DNA of 64,000 nucleotides, from contig CM068755.1 of assembly GCA_035084275.1 (NCBI GenBank), forward strand, positions 9,858,001-9,922,000. The letters are read 5' to 3'. Below the pieces are notes generated by a model. It saw only the letters and a list, made by a program, of their open reading frames with translations. It was not told the DNA's origin and searched no databases. Within the stretch, counting starts at the first letter, position 1. The number at the start of each line of letters is the position of its first letter. Source of the stretch: Hydrolagus colliei. Lineage: Eukaryota. Of this stretch, positions 13,631 through 27,545 are shown piece after piece. Made by a program: the position numbers and the translations under genes.

Positions 13631-14579
13631 GTCAATAAATATCCTTTATAGTAAATCCTGTGAAATGCTATGAGACATATTCCTGATGGGAAACATACTC
13701 AGTGATACAATTGCCAGGAATAGTATTATTATTATTAATATTATTCCAGACCTCAAGTACCTTATTAAATATAAGATTTTTTTTGGCCCGGTCGCAGTAA
13801 AGGCACTGAGCTCTGAGTTGGTGAAAACAAAAATGAGACGGATTGATTCCAGTTTGAATGGGGAATAAAGGGATAGGGGCTTGGATCAGAGACAGACTGA
13901 GGTTCAGGTTAGTGTTGATCAGAAGGCATGCTGATGAGCTGTGCATCTGGAGCAACTGCAGATGTAGAGACAGCTGTTGGTTGTGAATTTCTGTCATTGG
14001 CCCTAAATGAAGGAGTAAATCACAAACACAGCCGAGCCGGCACGGGCTGAGCCTCTCCTGTTCTCTTTATTTACTTTCGTGTTTTATTCCGTCCACATCA
14101 TAATTTTCACTGCCTAACATTCTGGAAAGCCGTCCACCACTTGGACAACGCTGTGGTACGTTTGTGGTTTTCTCCCTTCATTTCACATTAGTGTTAAAAA
14201 ATGCACAATCAATAGCTGTCTCAGCATCAGCAGCTTCCTTTAGAAATACAATTGTTCTGGGGGGGACCGAGGAAAATGGCGTCATTAGTTAAAGATTTTC
14301 AAACAAGCACAAGTGAGTTAATAATATTTTAACATTGCAATACCACAAAAGCCTCTAAAGTTTGGATTGTCAATGCACAGCTATTTCTCTTCTTAAGCCC
14401 ACCCTCCCCCCTTCACTTAGCAACACTGGCTTCCCATCCTCCACAGCTTCAGCTCCTCCCTCTACCTTTGGGACCACTTGCAATCCTATGTATATACTGT
14501 TCAGTATATATATATTATTATTATATATCTCCTGGCACGGTAGGAGAAATACAACTGCCTTAATATGTGGGGGGGTTTC

Positions 14580-14787
14580 TGGACTCTCTGTCTCAGCCAC
14601 TCCCTCTTCACCTTTAAAGACTATCTGAAGACTGATCTTTTCAACCATACATTCAATCATTTTTCACCCCTCCCGACCCTCCTCACTTACCTTCCCTATC
14701 TTGGACTCCCAGTCAGCTGGTGTGAACCACTTTGTGACATCCTCTCAACATGAAGAGCACTATATATATAAATGCAAATTGTTGTTT
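14580..14787 (+). mobile_element. L2 LINE 3' end fragment
   Basis: FKDYLKTDLF motif followed by tail ...GAGCACTATATATATAAATGCAAATTGTTG. Confidence 0.7.
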
Positions 14788-16880
14788 AAACTTTCAATTG
14801 GGATGTCCTCCCGACGTGAAAGGTTTATACAAATGTAATATTCTTGTAAACTAAAGGTAAACAACATTCAACATAATGAAGGCTCTATACCAAAATAATC
14901 ATGGATAAATAAAGTACAGATGAGTTAGCGAAGATGTGAGCTGGACGTTTCTTTCCAGTGGTGATTACCTGGAATGTGACTGTAGTTTCAAGCAACGTTC
15001 AGACCTTTTGCTATTATAGACAGTTTCAATTAGGGGAAAAGAAACAGTTGCAATCAGCAGTAAGTAACTTATTTGTTTTATTTATTTCCAGCTCTCAGAA
15101 ACTTTGGCGTTTTTTGAAACATGTTTCTTTTTTACGTTTCTCCTCCCCTGGGTTTCCGTGTGCCAAGCATGGTGGCCAAGCTTCTGCCAACACTACTCTA
15201 TAAACAGCTGCCTGGAGATGCCAGCACAGAGCAGTCCTGCTGTGTCTTGGCTCCTTTGTCCACCCTGGGGGGAACCAGCTGGCAAACCCCCACCCCTCAC
15301 ACCACCGCCACCACCAATGTAGCATGACTGCTGGAATTAGTATGTAAAAGATCACGGACATACATCTGTGGTCTTTGGTGGCAGTCCTGTGATTGACTTT
15401 CCCCCTGGGCCTAGCTTTACTCTATTGTCTTACTGTCTCAGAACATCCAGAAATTGGCAAATACTTAATTCTGCACTCAGTTGCCTTAAGCCTCTTTTAA
15501 GAGCTGACATTGTCTATTGTCCCTTTGTGTGTTACAGCTGTTGGATGTCTGCTGGTTGTTAGTCAATCAGTAGTACTAAAAGTCACAGGTAGTGAGTTGC
15601 CCAATTCATCGGACCCATGGTCTTTGCTGTGAGCCCAATTCAGAACAGGGTTCTATCAGTAATTAGGGTTTTTGTGTGTGAGGGCTTCCAGATGTTCAGT
15701 GCAAGATCACACAAGATGGGATGAGCTATTAATGGGTGGGGAGGTAGAAAAAGTGGAACAGTCTGAGACACTTTCCTTAAAGTGATTGGAAAAGAGAGGC
15801 CATGGTTTACTATAATTTACTTTACTCCCTCTTGAGGTTTTGGGTTCCCTGGTGGGAAATCAGCAAAAATCATGGTTTTGAGTGAGGTTGCACAAGTAGT
15901 TTTCTGTGAGGTGTCATCAAATGTGAATTGGAAATGTGAAGTGACTATTGGGGTGACTGTATTACATTGCATTTTTGTTTTTATATTGTCTGATGCTGTG
16001 TGTGTGTATACAGTATATACTGTGTGTGTGTATATATATATATATATATAAATCCATCAACCCTATCATCTTACCATCGATCAACTCCACTCATCATTCT
16101 TCTATAAAGTTAACCCACCTATTTATGCAGCAGTTCACTCATTAACAATTATTGCAAAAATAGACAGATGCTATAATTACAAGACAATAATTCTTTCCAG
16201 TTTAGTTGTACATTAAATGTAAACGAACACACCCAACCGTCCAACTGTCTGTATGTCATCCAATTCTCCATCTCCCTATCCGCCCTAGATTTTCCGGATA
16301 ATTGACGAATGTGGTGGTGAAACAGACCAATACATTCTTCACTCCACCCATCTGTTAATTGAACATGTCTCGCCATGTCTGGGAATGATGGATACATGGA
16401 ATATCGCTTTGGGACATATTCCGACATCACATTTTTTAAATATTGCCTTCAGCAGTCATTTGTTTTCACAATATCTTATTGAGACTTGTTTTCTAATCAC
16501 TGGAATAGGGACTGTGGTAGCAAATTTTTTAATTCCAGTAAATATTTTCTGGCTCTTCCATTTCTGTCACCACGGTATCATTTTATTGATACTTTCACAG
16601 GCCCTCGCTAGATTCGTATACACAAGTCAAAGACGTTAAGTGACTCATTGGATAAGTACTCAAGAATGAAAATATGAAAGGGGATTAGATCAGATAGCTC
16701 CAGAGGGGAGCTGCCACAGCAAAGGAATGATGTTCTGTCTTAATGGCCTCCATCTGTGCTGAAATTGCTTCAACTCTGTAACGCTGCTGCCGTCTTCATT
16801 CTTTGCAATTGCCATAATCAGGTAAAGGGGCAGGAATGAAGACATGGCATTGATGGAGCAGCCTCTCATTTATTGAATTT

Positions 16881-16944
16881 AGCGCCTTGGGACGTCCTCC
16901 CGACGTGAAAGGCGCTATATAAATGTAAATTGTTGTTGTTGTTG
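16881..16944 (+). mobile_element. L2 extreme 3' tail
   Basis: AGCGCCTTGGGACGTCCTCCCGACGTGAAAGGCGCTATATAAATGTAAATTGTTGTTG. Similar stubs near 14800, 20715, 22960, 27745(-), 30215, 56970, 57180 and 58500(-). Confidence 0.75.
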
Positions 16945-19042
16945 AAGGATTCAAACTACACAATGTGTTGTGAGCACATATAAATGAATACAGTACTGCA
17001 AAATTTAGGATCCTTGTCTAATTAAGGGCACTGATAAGAAATAAGCTAGTGTTACTAATCTGCTGCTCTGACTGGTGTTTTTGTTTGTACAGTATTATGT
17101 TGTACGGCTTTGATGGTCCTTGACTATCATTTTATTTTAAACAGTTTAAAAATGGAAAAGAATTATGTGAGCAGGCAATACCTGTGTCCCTGATCTAACC
17201 ATTTATAAACTTATGGTTCACATAACTTGATACTAAAATAGAGATCAACATTACCCAAAGTTGCTCAAATTAGGAATTCATTATCATAATAGCATTACCA
17301 AGTTTCAATCATAAACAAAATCCTTTGTCTCTAAAGTTACTCCGCTCCTGAAAGTAACTACAACTTGCATTTATATAGTGCCCCTCACACAGTATAGCAT
17401 CCTAAAATAACTCTGACTTAGCTTAATTCCTCTCGAACCATCAACTATGATGAGCAATTCTTGATGTTTCAGGCCAGTCGTGAGTGCCAACAAGCTGTTT
17501 GCAGTTGCTTTTCAGTTCTGGATAAATCTATGATCCTATATCTGTTACCGTCAGCGGCCTTTTTAGTAGTTTAGAAAATACACAACATGCGCACCATTTG
17601 TAGACTGAATGTTACTATAGGCAACAAAAAGGTCTGCATTCTTTGCAGTTGCCATAATCAGGTAAAGCGGCAGGAATCAAAACATTCCTCTTTGACCATG
17701 CCTCCGGTCATCTTCCCACCCCACCACCCTTGCCCTCCTCCCCTCTTACTTTCAACCCCCAGCTCGGGTGAAAACCCTTGACTGACCAGCGCCTTGACAA
17801 TACTGTACTTTGAATAGCAGTATAGATGCGCTACATTGGAGATGCATTACATTTTTAGCTTGCAAATCTCTTAAAGTAGTAAAGGATACTACATAATTTG
17901 CAGGACTCACATGCAATTTTTCAAGCAAGTAAATAAGTGGCTGAAGAAAATCAATGTGTTTCAGCAAGACACTTGGTTGAATATGATGCCTTTGCTCGAA
18001 AACTCGTTCGTGTTTGAACTTAAGTAGAGCAAAGCCTTAATAAATAGCTGGAATTTCACTAAACGGATCATACTAAGATGAAGTTCTGCTTCATCTTAGT
18101 ATGATCAGAACCACATTGCTCCCTACAGGATTTTGTTTTGAACACTTATGAAGGTGCTCAACTGTCCTCCCCACGAAAGTGTTGACAAGTTTAAAGGTGA
18201 CTGACAGAGTCCATATTGTACTGTGTGGAAGTAATTATAGCTTCCGCAATAAATCTTTGTGGTAAAGGTTCCTATTGACAGCATGGGTCAGATTATTGGT
18301 GAGATAATGTCTTTTTGAAATAAAGAGGGGGGAATGAAACATCTTGTCTTCTTGTGGTGTGTTCTGTAGTTATTTCCAGCCTCACGTTCAGCCTAACACC
18401 TAAGAAATAAGCTAATGTAGCTGAAAGAGGTTTGAACAAATATGACACAAGCATAGTTGCAGCTAATGCTACAGGCTTTCACTGTGCGTTATGTAACCAT
18501 TAATCTTAGCAGTTCTTTTTCTGAAGCAGATTATAGTGCCATAGCCACTCGGCCATCAAATGCTTTGGAGATTCAACTGATGAAGATTGTCAGTGGAAGG
18601 CACTGCAGCTGGATTAGCTTGATCTTCCTTTCACTGTAGTCTGCAGAATGCAACTTGGAGGTGTGTGTCTAGGTGGGGGGAGCGGGGGGTGGTGGGGGGT
18701 TGACATACAAAGTGATTCTGCTCAGTGAGGTCCAGTTGTGTTAACTGTGTGAACATCTGTATATGAAATGATTTATGGCTTCAAGGAGAGGAGGTGGCAT
18801 GGAGAGGCATTGCACCCGTTCAGTTACCAGCAAGACTTGATATTTATTAATCCTGCGCAAAATCCAGATGGCAATCAGTCATTTGACCCAAATTTGTTCC
18901 ATCCTTTGTTTTCATTTCCACTTTTCATTACAATATGTTTTTGGTGCAAAATGCAGCTTAGGAGCTTAGTATCTGCTTTACCTTGTGTTCTGAGCTCCGT
19001 TCATCTGTGTCATTTCATGCTGGAATGCACTGACTCAAAGTG

Positions 19043-19220
19043 AGGTGGAAGCGGATCAATTAATAACTTTCAAAAGGGAATTGGATACATAGTTGAGAAG
19101 GAAAAATGTGTAAGGCTATCCCGAAAGAATGGGGAAATTGGGACTAATCGGATAGCACTTTCAAAGCGGCGGCACAGGCACAATGGACCGAATGGCCTTG
19201 CGTTGTAAGGTTATATGATT
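19043..19220 (+). mobile_element. CR1 LINE 3' end
   Basis: TTCAAAAGGGAATTGGAT (FKRELD) and 3' GGCACAATGGACCGAATGGCC. Confidence 0.75.
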
Positions 19221-22220
19221 TAGGCTAGTCAAAAATCATCTTGCCTGCAGAAGCTGCTGGAATTGAAAACAAGCCTTTCATTCAGCCAGCGACTGGCCTG
19301 AGAGAGACACTATCTACTTTTAGAGTCAGTCATTAGCTCCAGGCAAGTTTCATCAATTTAAATTCAGTTAATCAGGGATTTGGGTCCACTCAGTCTGATT
19401 TAAGTCAGTCTATCTGTGAATAGATCACTGGAATAACATTGAAATGGTTCCTAAATGAAAAAAAAATCAAGAGCAGGTAATGAAAGAATTCCTTTAGGAG
19501 AAGTTGCAGCTAGAGATGGGTACAATACAGAGAAAGGGATATCATGAAGAACATTGTTTTGGTCTTTTACGCAACCTTAGGGAATCAGTATATTTAAACA
19601 AAATTGTGCGGCTTTCTATTCTTTATCAGTGCAGAGCCAAATATCTCATTTCTGATTCCTTTTCAAAAGCAATGAGATGGGTTTCCTGATGTTATGAAAT
19701 TTTGCCGACAGTAAACTGACACCTGAAGAAAGCCGAGCTCTACATGTGTCACTCCATTGAAGCCTTCCTGTTTCCAACATCTGACTGATGTCAGTAACGG
19801 ATTGGCAATGTTGTCAGCAAAATGCCAATTAAGCTCATTAACTGGAAGGATTGATCCAATTAAAAGTGGCCACATTGCAGTTTCCGTATACTTAAATGGC
19901 CTGAGGGCCTGTTCTCCATGTCCCTGGAACCAAAGGGAAGAATTATTGTATAATCCAATCGGAGCTCAGCAATCTGGCATTTCCACAAGATCACAAGAGA
20001 AGTTTGGATGAAGAAACGCATGTCAGCCCATCTGATCTTACGCTTCCAGAATTTCCACCCTATCGCCCATCCATAACAACATCAAGGTGTTTTCTTTAGT
20101 GAATCCCAGCAGACTAGTTACCCACTCCATTCATTAATTACCTTTAGTTTTGTTGCCAATGTCTTTTAGTTGAAGAGTTGGAACATGAGTGGGAGGTTTG
20201 GGATAAATCTAGTTGCCACCAATTTAAATTTTTCTTAAAAAGACAACTGCTGTATCCAGGCAGAACTGCCAGGCACATCAGACTTAAACCTATTCCAGCA
20301 ACATCGCACCCAGAATAACCAATATAGACATACACACAATGGATATAAGGTTATAAGAATATAAGGATATAAGATAGATTGGTACAATAGGAGAGTAGGA
20401 TGGGTTGATGGTCAAGCAAATTGATAGACAGATGGTCCCATGGGAGCTGGAATCACTGGGAACTTGAACTGACAACATGAAAACTACACATTTAACAAAC
20501 TAGGGCTGTAACATTTGCAACAAAAAATCATGACTTTCTTACAGCCGTATAGATTGGATTAGCCTTATAAGATTGGACTGTCTTTCTCCTTTGATCAGCT
20601 CAGAAACCATGCCTTTACTGTTGGTCTCTGGTTATCACAAATACACGTATTTGTAAAGCAGGTAAAGCAAGAATAGTGGCATTTCATGTGTTTGCCTGAA
20701 CTATTTGTCTGGTGGGACGTCCTCCCAACGTGAATGGCGCTCTACAAGTGTAATTTTATTGTTTGCTGTTTTTGTGTTTGTGGTTCCTATGCTAGTCACA
20801 AATACCATAAATGAAGTTTCAGACTATAGACCTTTGAGCTTCTCCTTTCTCTCATCATAGTTCATTCTGGTAACACTGGGCATCAATCTTATCACTCTTC
20901 TCAGCAACATCTTCTGTGCCTGTATGTGTTATTTATGGCTCTGTGACATTAATACTCCTTGGTGTCTGTCATTGCATTTGGTGCAGCATAACATAGATAA
21001 TGCGCCCAGTCAGTAAAGGCATAACTCCCAACAGAATGAAGAAATCACAAATAAATGCAATTGTGTAAAACACTAATCTAATCTCAGGGTTCACATGGTG
21101 GTTAGAAACGCCAGCAGCTGTATTACATGAATAAAGATGTTCAATGAATAAACTGCTGGATTGATGCGATAGAAACCGCTCACCAATTTTACTCATTTTT
21201 AAAAAAATGTCTGTGTTGCTTCTCGCTGAATTTTTATTTCCCTTGTTTGTGGGATGTTTCCGGTATGGATTAGATGCCCTGTTGTTGTTGTTATTAGCAT
21301 AACAATGTATAAGGGGTAGTTTAAGAAGAAGCCATTCGGGCAATCAAACCGGCTGCTTCACAAACCATGTTACTCATCCCATCAAGGACCCAACCCGAGT
21401 CCTCAGTTTACTGAGGAAAGCGCTCCATAATGACATTATCAAAAGCAATCAAGCAAAAGTATTCATCCAACATCACACTTGCACTTTTCATCCCTGGCCT
21501 ACCATATATTCAGATAGCTTCCCACCACCCCACCCCCCCCACCAATCCCAGCTGCAATAGTACAGGATCCATTGTGTGCGTGAATGTAATTTAGTATCAT
21601 TGTGTCCTTGAGTGTACATTCAATATCTAGAACCTCCAATCCTATTTCTAAATAGATGTTTATTCAGATCCTTTCTTTCAAGCATTTGTTCATTGCAGAA
21701 TTGACTGATTTTGCATGTTAGGGCGGTGTAGAGGGAGCTTGGCTCTCTAATACTCCTGCTATGCCTGATGCAGGAGTGTTTGATGGGTGTCAAAACAGGG
21801 TGGGAATGTGTGCCACTCCTCAGTTCTGTTCCTGTTGAGCACTAAACATATAAAATGGTTTAAAATGTGTGTAACAAAGAGCTTTGCTTCACATTTACAT
21901 TTTAAACTATAGAGACAACTTGCTTGAAGGAAAATCTAGTCACGTACGAACTACTGCAGGAACGAAAATAACAAGGACACTCAAAAGAGATGACCGAAAA
22001 GGCAGCAGCGTATAGCTGGAGGTTCTCTGGCATCTTCTGTTTGGGCGGGTGTGTTACTTTTGACAACAATCCAGTGCGTTTCCAGGGGTGACATCATCTT
22101 AATGTGTCCGGCAGCTGTGTTTACTGGGGCATATGTGGCAGCCGATGTGACAATGTCGCGCATGACAGATATCCTTGAGAAGGCAAGCATTGAAGGCTTC
22201 CCCAATTCCAAGTTATCTAC

Positions 22221-22410
22221 AATAATAATACTACTGCTTGCGTTTGATATAGCGCCTTATCACATCTTCAAGGCGTCTCAACGAGCTTCACAGGATATAC
22301 TGTAAAGTGTCGGAACTGTGTACCTTGTGGGCGACACAGCAACGAATTGCGCACAACGGTGTCCCACAAACAATCGTGGATTGAGCAACCAAATTATCAT
22401 TATTATTTAT
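22221..22410 (-). mobile_element. 5'-truncated SINE copy
   Basis: TTTGATATAGCGCCTTATCAC...AATTGCGCACAACGGTGTCCCACAAACAATCGTGGATTG. Confidence 0.8.
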
Positions 22411-24949
22411 CTATCTATCACCAAGGAGAGGAATTTTTGCCAACGGTGCTGTACTTCCATTCTACAGAGAGTGAATAAAAGGGCACGAAGCAATAATAAT
22501 GTAAATGAACACACTTTTTGTGCTAAACTGGAAGAATATTTTTGTTTTGGGAAAAACAATCCCAAAAGCAGCAAGTGTGATATATCGTGGAAAAATATTG
22601 TGTAATATTGTGTGTCTGGTTTTGTAATTTGGGTTTAAAATAATAATGGACAATTTAAATTTATATACAGCACCTCTTTTCATATTGGAAATAAACGGCT
22701 CAAAGCCCTATTCAAAATAATGGGCCAGGGCCCTGGACTCATTTAAAAAATGATTGTGTTGGGAAGACAGAAAAGAGGATGTATATTCTGGAATGAAGAG
22801 ATCAAATGGACAGAAATTCCTTCTGTACCCGATCCAGTCTTCCAGATGATCTAATCTGCTCTGGTTGCTAAATTTAATCAATGTGTCGCATGAATTTATC
22901 AATCCATGTAATTAAATTAACATGCGTGTGTATCGCCCCGCCATTCACTCTCCATTGCTTTAGGTTGTCCTCCGGATGTGAAATTTGTTATATAAATGCA
23001 AGTTGTTGTTGTGGTGGTAATAACTTCTAAGTAAAACCACATCAGAAATGTAAAATTCATTGGTGCACGTAAAATGGAGAATTGTTTGCTTATCTTATCA
23101 AATGGGGAAAGAAGAGTCCCAGACATACTTCAGCAAAGGTGCTACTTTGAACAACATGAACAGAATAATTCCATTCGGTTGCTTGCAAGGAAATGAAATC
23201 AAAGCAGTTTGCAGTTTTGAATCAAGTGCCATCCTGCTCCTGAGGGTAATCTGACCAAGCAATGCCACCGCCTTCAACTCTGGCTCCTGTGTGCAATATT
23301 TTAAATATAGGGTTGCCGGTACTTTTAACATGCTGTGGGCAATCTCTGACTTGCACATCAGTTCCTCTGTACAATATATCCAAATTATCGTTCGCTCCCA
23401 ACAAACAACAGAGTTTAATTCATGAGACATCTGTCCTTGTCACTGCTGTCTTTGGCCTCACTCTGTTGTTCTATCCTCCGGTGCATGACCCGATGATAGT
23501 CTCTGTTACGCATCCTAACTTGTCCAGGACACTTTTGCCTTGGAGCTGAGCCATTGCCCGGATTATTTGTTTCCTCTGACTATCATTGGTTTGGCAACAG
23601 TGAAAGGTACAGAGGAGGAATAATTGTCAGAGCTGCGCTGCCATCATTTGCTCATTTCTTGCAATTACAACAAACAAAAGCAGGAAAGAGAAGTGTGGGG
23701 TGGGAGGAGAAATGAAGTGACGGTGATTTGAATGAGTGCTTACATTGGCAAAGCTACCCGTCAGACAAAATGAAGCAAGTAATTAAACTATAATGTGCAC
23801 AGAGAGAGCACAAACAGCCCACAACGTTAATGTCACGACTGTTTGTGAGTGGCTCAGCAAGCCACTGAACAAAAGAACAAAATGCCTTCAGACTGGTTCC
23901 CAGTTTTAGATGCTGCAGGGACTTGAATGTTTTGGTTATACTTATTTGCTGGTCCTATAATAAACATTTCATTTAAATATTTTGTACCTTTTTGTGAAGT
24001 AACAAAACTGTGATTTCAGCTGAGTGAGCACTTGAGGTTAGCGAACCCAGTCTTCCAAAGAACGGATTTTTTGTGTTTTAGTACCAAGGTATACTTTTTG
24101 GAATCCTAGAATTTTAGTGAATTCAAACAATGGAATTTTGCAATGATTCATCATATTTCAAACCATTCCTTCTCTTGAATTCGGCAGAAATTCCATAATG
24201 TTCCTGAAAAAGTATTGCAAGTTGTGCATGTCACCATGCATCTCTGGTGTTTGCAGGACAGAAGCAATAACAAAGCTGTGGTTTTGTGAATGCGTTTATG
24301 GAGGCCAGCTGATAGCAATGGATCATGTCTAAATAATGGAATACTTGGTCTTATGGCAATGTCAAGAACAGCACATCTCCACTCTGCACTGTTAAAAAGG
24401 GGACAAGAAAAAGAAGTATTTTCATTACATTTCAAATCTTTGGGGTTTATAAAGTAATTTTCATTTGTGTTTTGGTTATCACTGTTTGTTACATAGAGGT
24501 GGAGTGGTAAAGGATCAGATGTGGAAGTAACACAAGCAACTATTTAACTTGAACTATCTGTTCAGAACTAAGGACAATTCCAGAATTTGCAAGGCTGATA
24601 ATAATAAATATAATAAAATATTTTTGCTCCTAATAGAGCAGTTGATAGATCAGCCTCACATAAAGCATAGGATGGATAAATACCTGTTTGGAAATAGGAT
24701 TGAAGGTCATAGACAAAAATCTAGGCAAAAAAGATCAAATACTCCACAGGGAAACCTTGTTCCTGTGCCATTGGGACCAGGAAATGTCATCTGTAGAATA
24801 AAACTGGCCAAGTTTGAATAATACCAATGGTGTAAAGAGGCTATCATAACCTGTCCATTAAATATAGCCATCTTTTTTAGTAATGGTTTGTTTTTGAACA
24901 GTTATCGTAGAGTTTCACTGAACTGTGAGGGTCAGCAGATAGTTATGTA

Positions 24950-25161
24950 CAGTAAAAGCCCATTTATCCATGACCCAATCAACCGTAACTTCCATATAAC
25001 CAGCACCTTAAAAAAAAGTCCACATTCGATTAACCGGAATTTATTCAGCACAAAGTATTTTTTAAAATTAATTTTGGGGGGATTTTCAGCCGAGTATCTG
25101 GCTCGCGCTTTCAATGGCATTGGCCAGGTCCTAAGGGTGCCGGATAAACGGGCTTTTACTG
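24950..25161. mobile_element. Tc1/mariner (Tigger/pogo-like) MITE, 212 bp
   Basis: 20-bp TIRs CAGTAAAAGCCCATTTATCC / GGATAAACGGGCTTTTACTG (19/20 match), with TA dinucleotide on both sides. Confidence 0.85.
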
Positions 25162-26329
25162 TACAATGTAAATATGAAGCGACTCTCCAAGGTTGGATTG
25201 GAGTTCACTGCTTTCAGCAAGGGAGTAGTGTTAGAATTGGCCTCATGATTCTTAGACAAGGAATTCCCTAGTGCCTTGTTGGACAATGCAGGCAGTGGAT
25301 TTATGATAAGGACATAATTGAGTTTGCCAGGAAGACACCCCTCCCCTTTCCCATGGTAAAATGGCATATGCATGCTCATGGTTTTGGCTTATGTACTGAA
25401 GACTAGTTACTTGAGAGATGGGCTCACCGTGGAACTGTACCCCAGCAGGTAAACAGTCAGGGAGCGGGCTAGAGAATAAAATTAGGGAGAAGAGTGCAGC
25501 CTTGTTCGGAGTCTTGAACTGTTGAGTCCAGGGCGATTCTGTGTTAATTAGCCCATTCGATCTGTTCTTCACTGTTTCACAGGAAGCAGCTGTGAAGTTA
25601 GTTATCGGGAGTGTGGATGAATAGGAAACCTTTCCTTAAATATTGTGAATGTCACTGTAACGCTGTGGTGATCAAGCCATTATTAACCCTTTAGAGTATA
25701 GATGTGCATGCCTCATTGTGTGTCATGCTCTCACATCCCTGTCCTCTCTGGCATGCGCCACCAGTAAAACCAGTAAGCCACTGCCAAACTCCACAGGTTG
25801 TTATCTAAAATGGCAGCAAGTAGCAGTAATCTGCTTCAAGGGATTTCAACTACGAATTATAGACTGGCGTCATTCTCGCAGTTTATAATGTTAATCAAAC
25901 TGGTTGATGAGATTAACTGCCTTGAGATCCCGCCCAGTTGTCCATTGTTTTCTATTTCTTCTTGTACCCTTGAGGGAAGATGGTTTGCCGCAGTTTGAGG
26001 CTGACATCTGCGTGAACGTTCATTTAGCAGCCAGTGCTATCGCTGGTGCTCGTGCCGTTACATTTCGTCCTGCATGCACTCACACGATGGGTGTGAATTT
26101 AATGATGTTCACCTAATATAGTGCTTTAGTCATGGTGCAAATCCATTTAATTACAAAATTCATTAAGAAGTAGTAGAAAGATTTACTCTATCTCTCATTT
26201 GTTTCAGACTTTACCACGCCCCTCTTTGCCTTGTGTGTTCCGTTCCCCCCCCCCTTCCCCACCCAACACACACTGCCACACATCCAACATAAGTAGCCGA
26301 TTTTGCGCACATTCACCTCCGACAAACAG

Positions 26330-26490
26330 CCACGAAGAGAATGACCAATTGAGCCAATGTATCCATAGAATTGCTGGTCAGGATACCAGGAGAAACTCCC
26401 TTCTCTTTTCGATTAATATGCCAGGGGATCTTTGTGTAACATTTAAATTTAGACCGTACTCTTTGGAGACCTGTGCTGTTCCTCAATGAA
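26330..26490 (-). mobile_element. Old DeuSINE fragment
   Basis: TGGTCAGGATACCAGGAGAAACTCCCTTCTCTTTTCGATTAATATGCCAGGGGATCTTT resembles the reverse complement of the Deu domain. Confidence 0.55.
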
Positions 26491-26577
26491 TTTTTAATGT
26501 GGCCCAGTGTTTAGCAGATCATTAGTTTGTCCAGTAAAAATACTGCTTTGGGAATGTTTTATGGGACATTAAAGTAA

Positions 26578-26721
<144 letters not shown>

Positions 26722-27244
26722 TGAGACACTTCCTGATGCTGACTGCAAATTAAAGACAAATCTCAAAGTTAGGGCAGCATCATTAATCCATTCATTTGGA
26801 GCTGGAGAGCTGATCTGGTATTGCTAGCTGCTGGGTAGAGCCTTGCTCGGCTCCTCGCAGGGACATTGATTGTTGCTGAGAGAAAATGTTTGCTCACAGC
26901 AAGCACAGTGACACATCAGTCAATTCTGTCTGTCACTACAAATTATTTTTAGCATAGCCTGGGCCTGGATTGAAAAACAAAAGTCTGAGCTTCTGTTGGA
27001 TAGATTTGGGATTCAGCAGGTGCAGGCTTAATGCTAAACGCTAATGTTGATCCACAGCCAACAAACTGGACTTTGCCATTCATTTCACAGTGAGGTGGGT
27101 CTGGCTGAGAACTGTGTGTCAGTGTCCTTGGCTCCAGTTTCACACAGACTGTGCTTGTTTATCAATGTGGGTTGGAGGAAGATTGAGGGGGAGTTGGAGA
27201 AATGGTCATGATTAAATTACTCAAACATTACTTAGAATACAATT

Positions 27245-27545
27245 ACCTAGGAACAGGAGTAGTCCATTCAGCAATTCAAACCTGTTCCATCATTCTATTA
27301 GATCATGGCTCAAGTCCATTAACCTGCCTTTTCTCCATATCCCATTATGCCATTTCCCAGTAAATAACCTCAATTTAGCAAATTCCAATCGACACATCAT
27401 CCACAATGTTTTGTGAGAGAGAATTCCAGATTTCCACAACCCTTCGTGTAAAATAAATAAATAAATGCTTCCCAGTTACATTCCTAACTGGTTTAGCTCT
27501 AATGTTAAGATTATGCCCTCTTGTTCTGGATTCTCTCACCAAATT
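27245..27545 (-). mobile_element. CR1 LINE 3' fragment
   Basis: Minus strand ESRTRGHNLNIR...FTRRVVEIWNSLSQNIVD, the CR1 ORF2 C-terminal motifs, followed by CR1-type 3'UTR. Confidence 0.85.
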
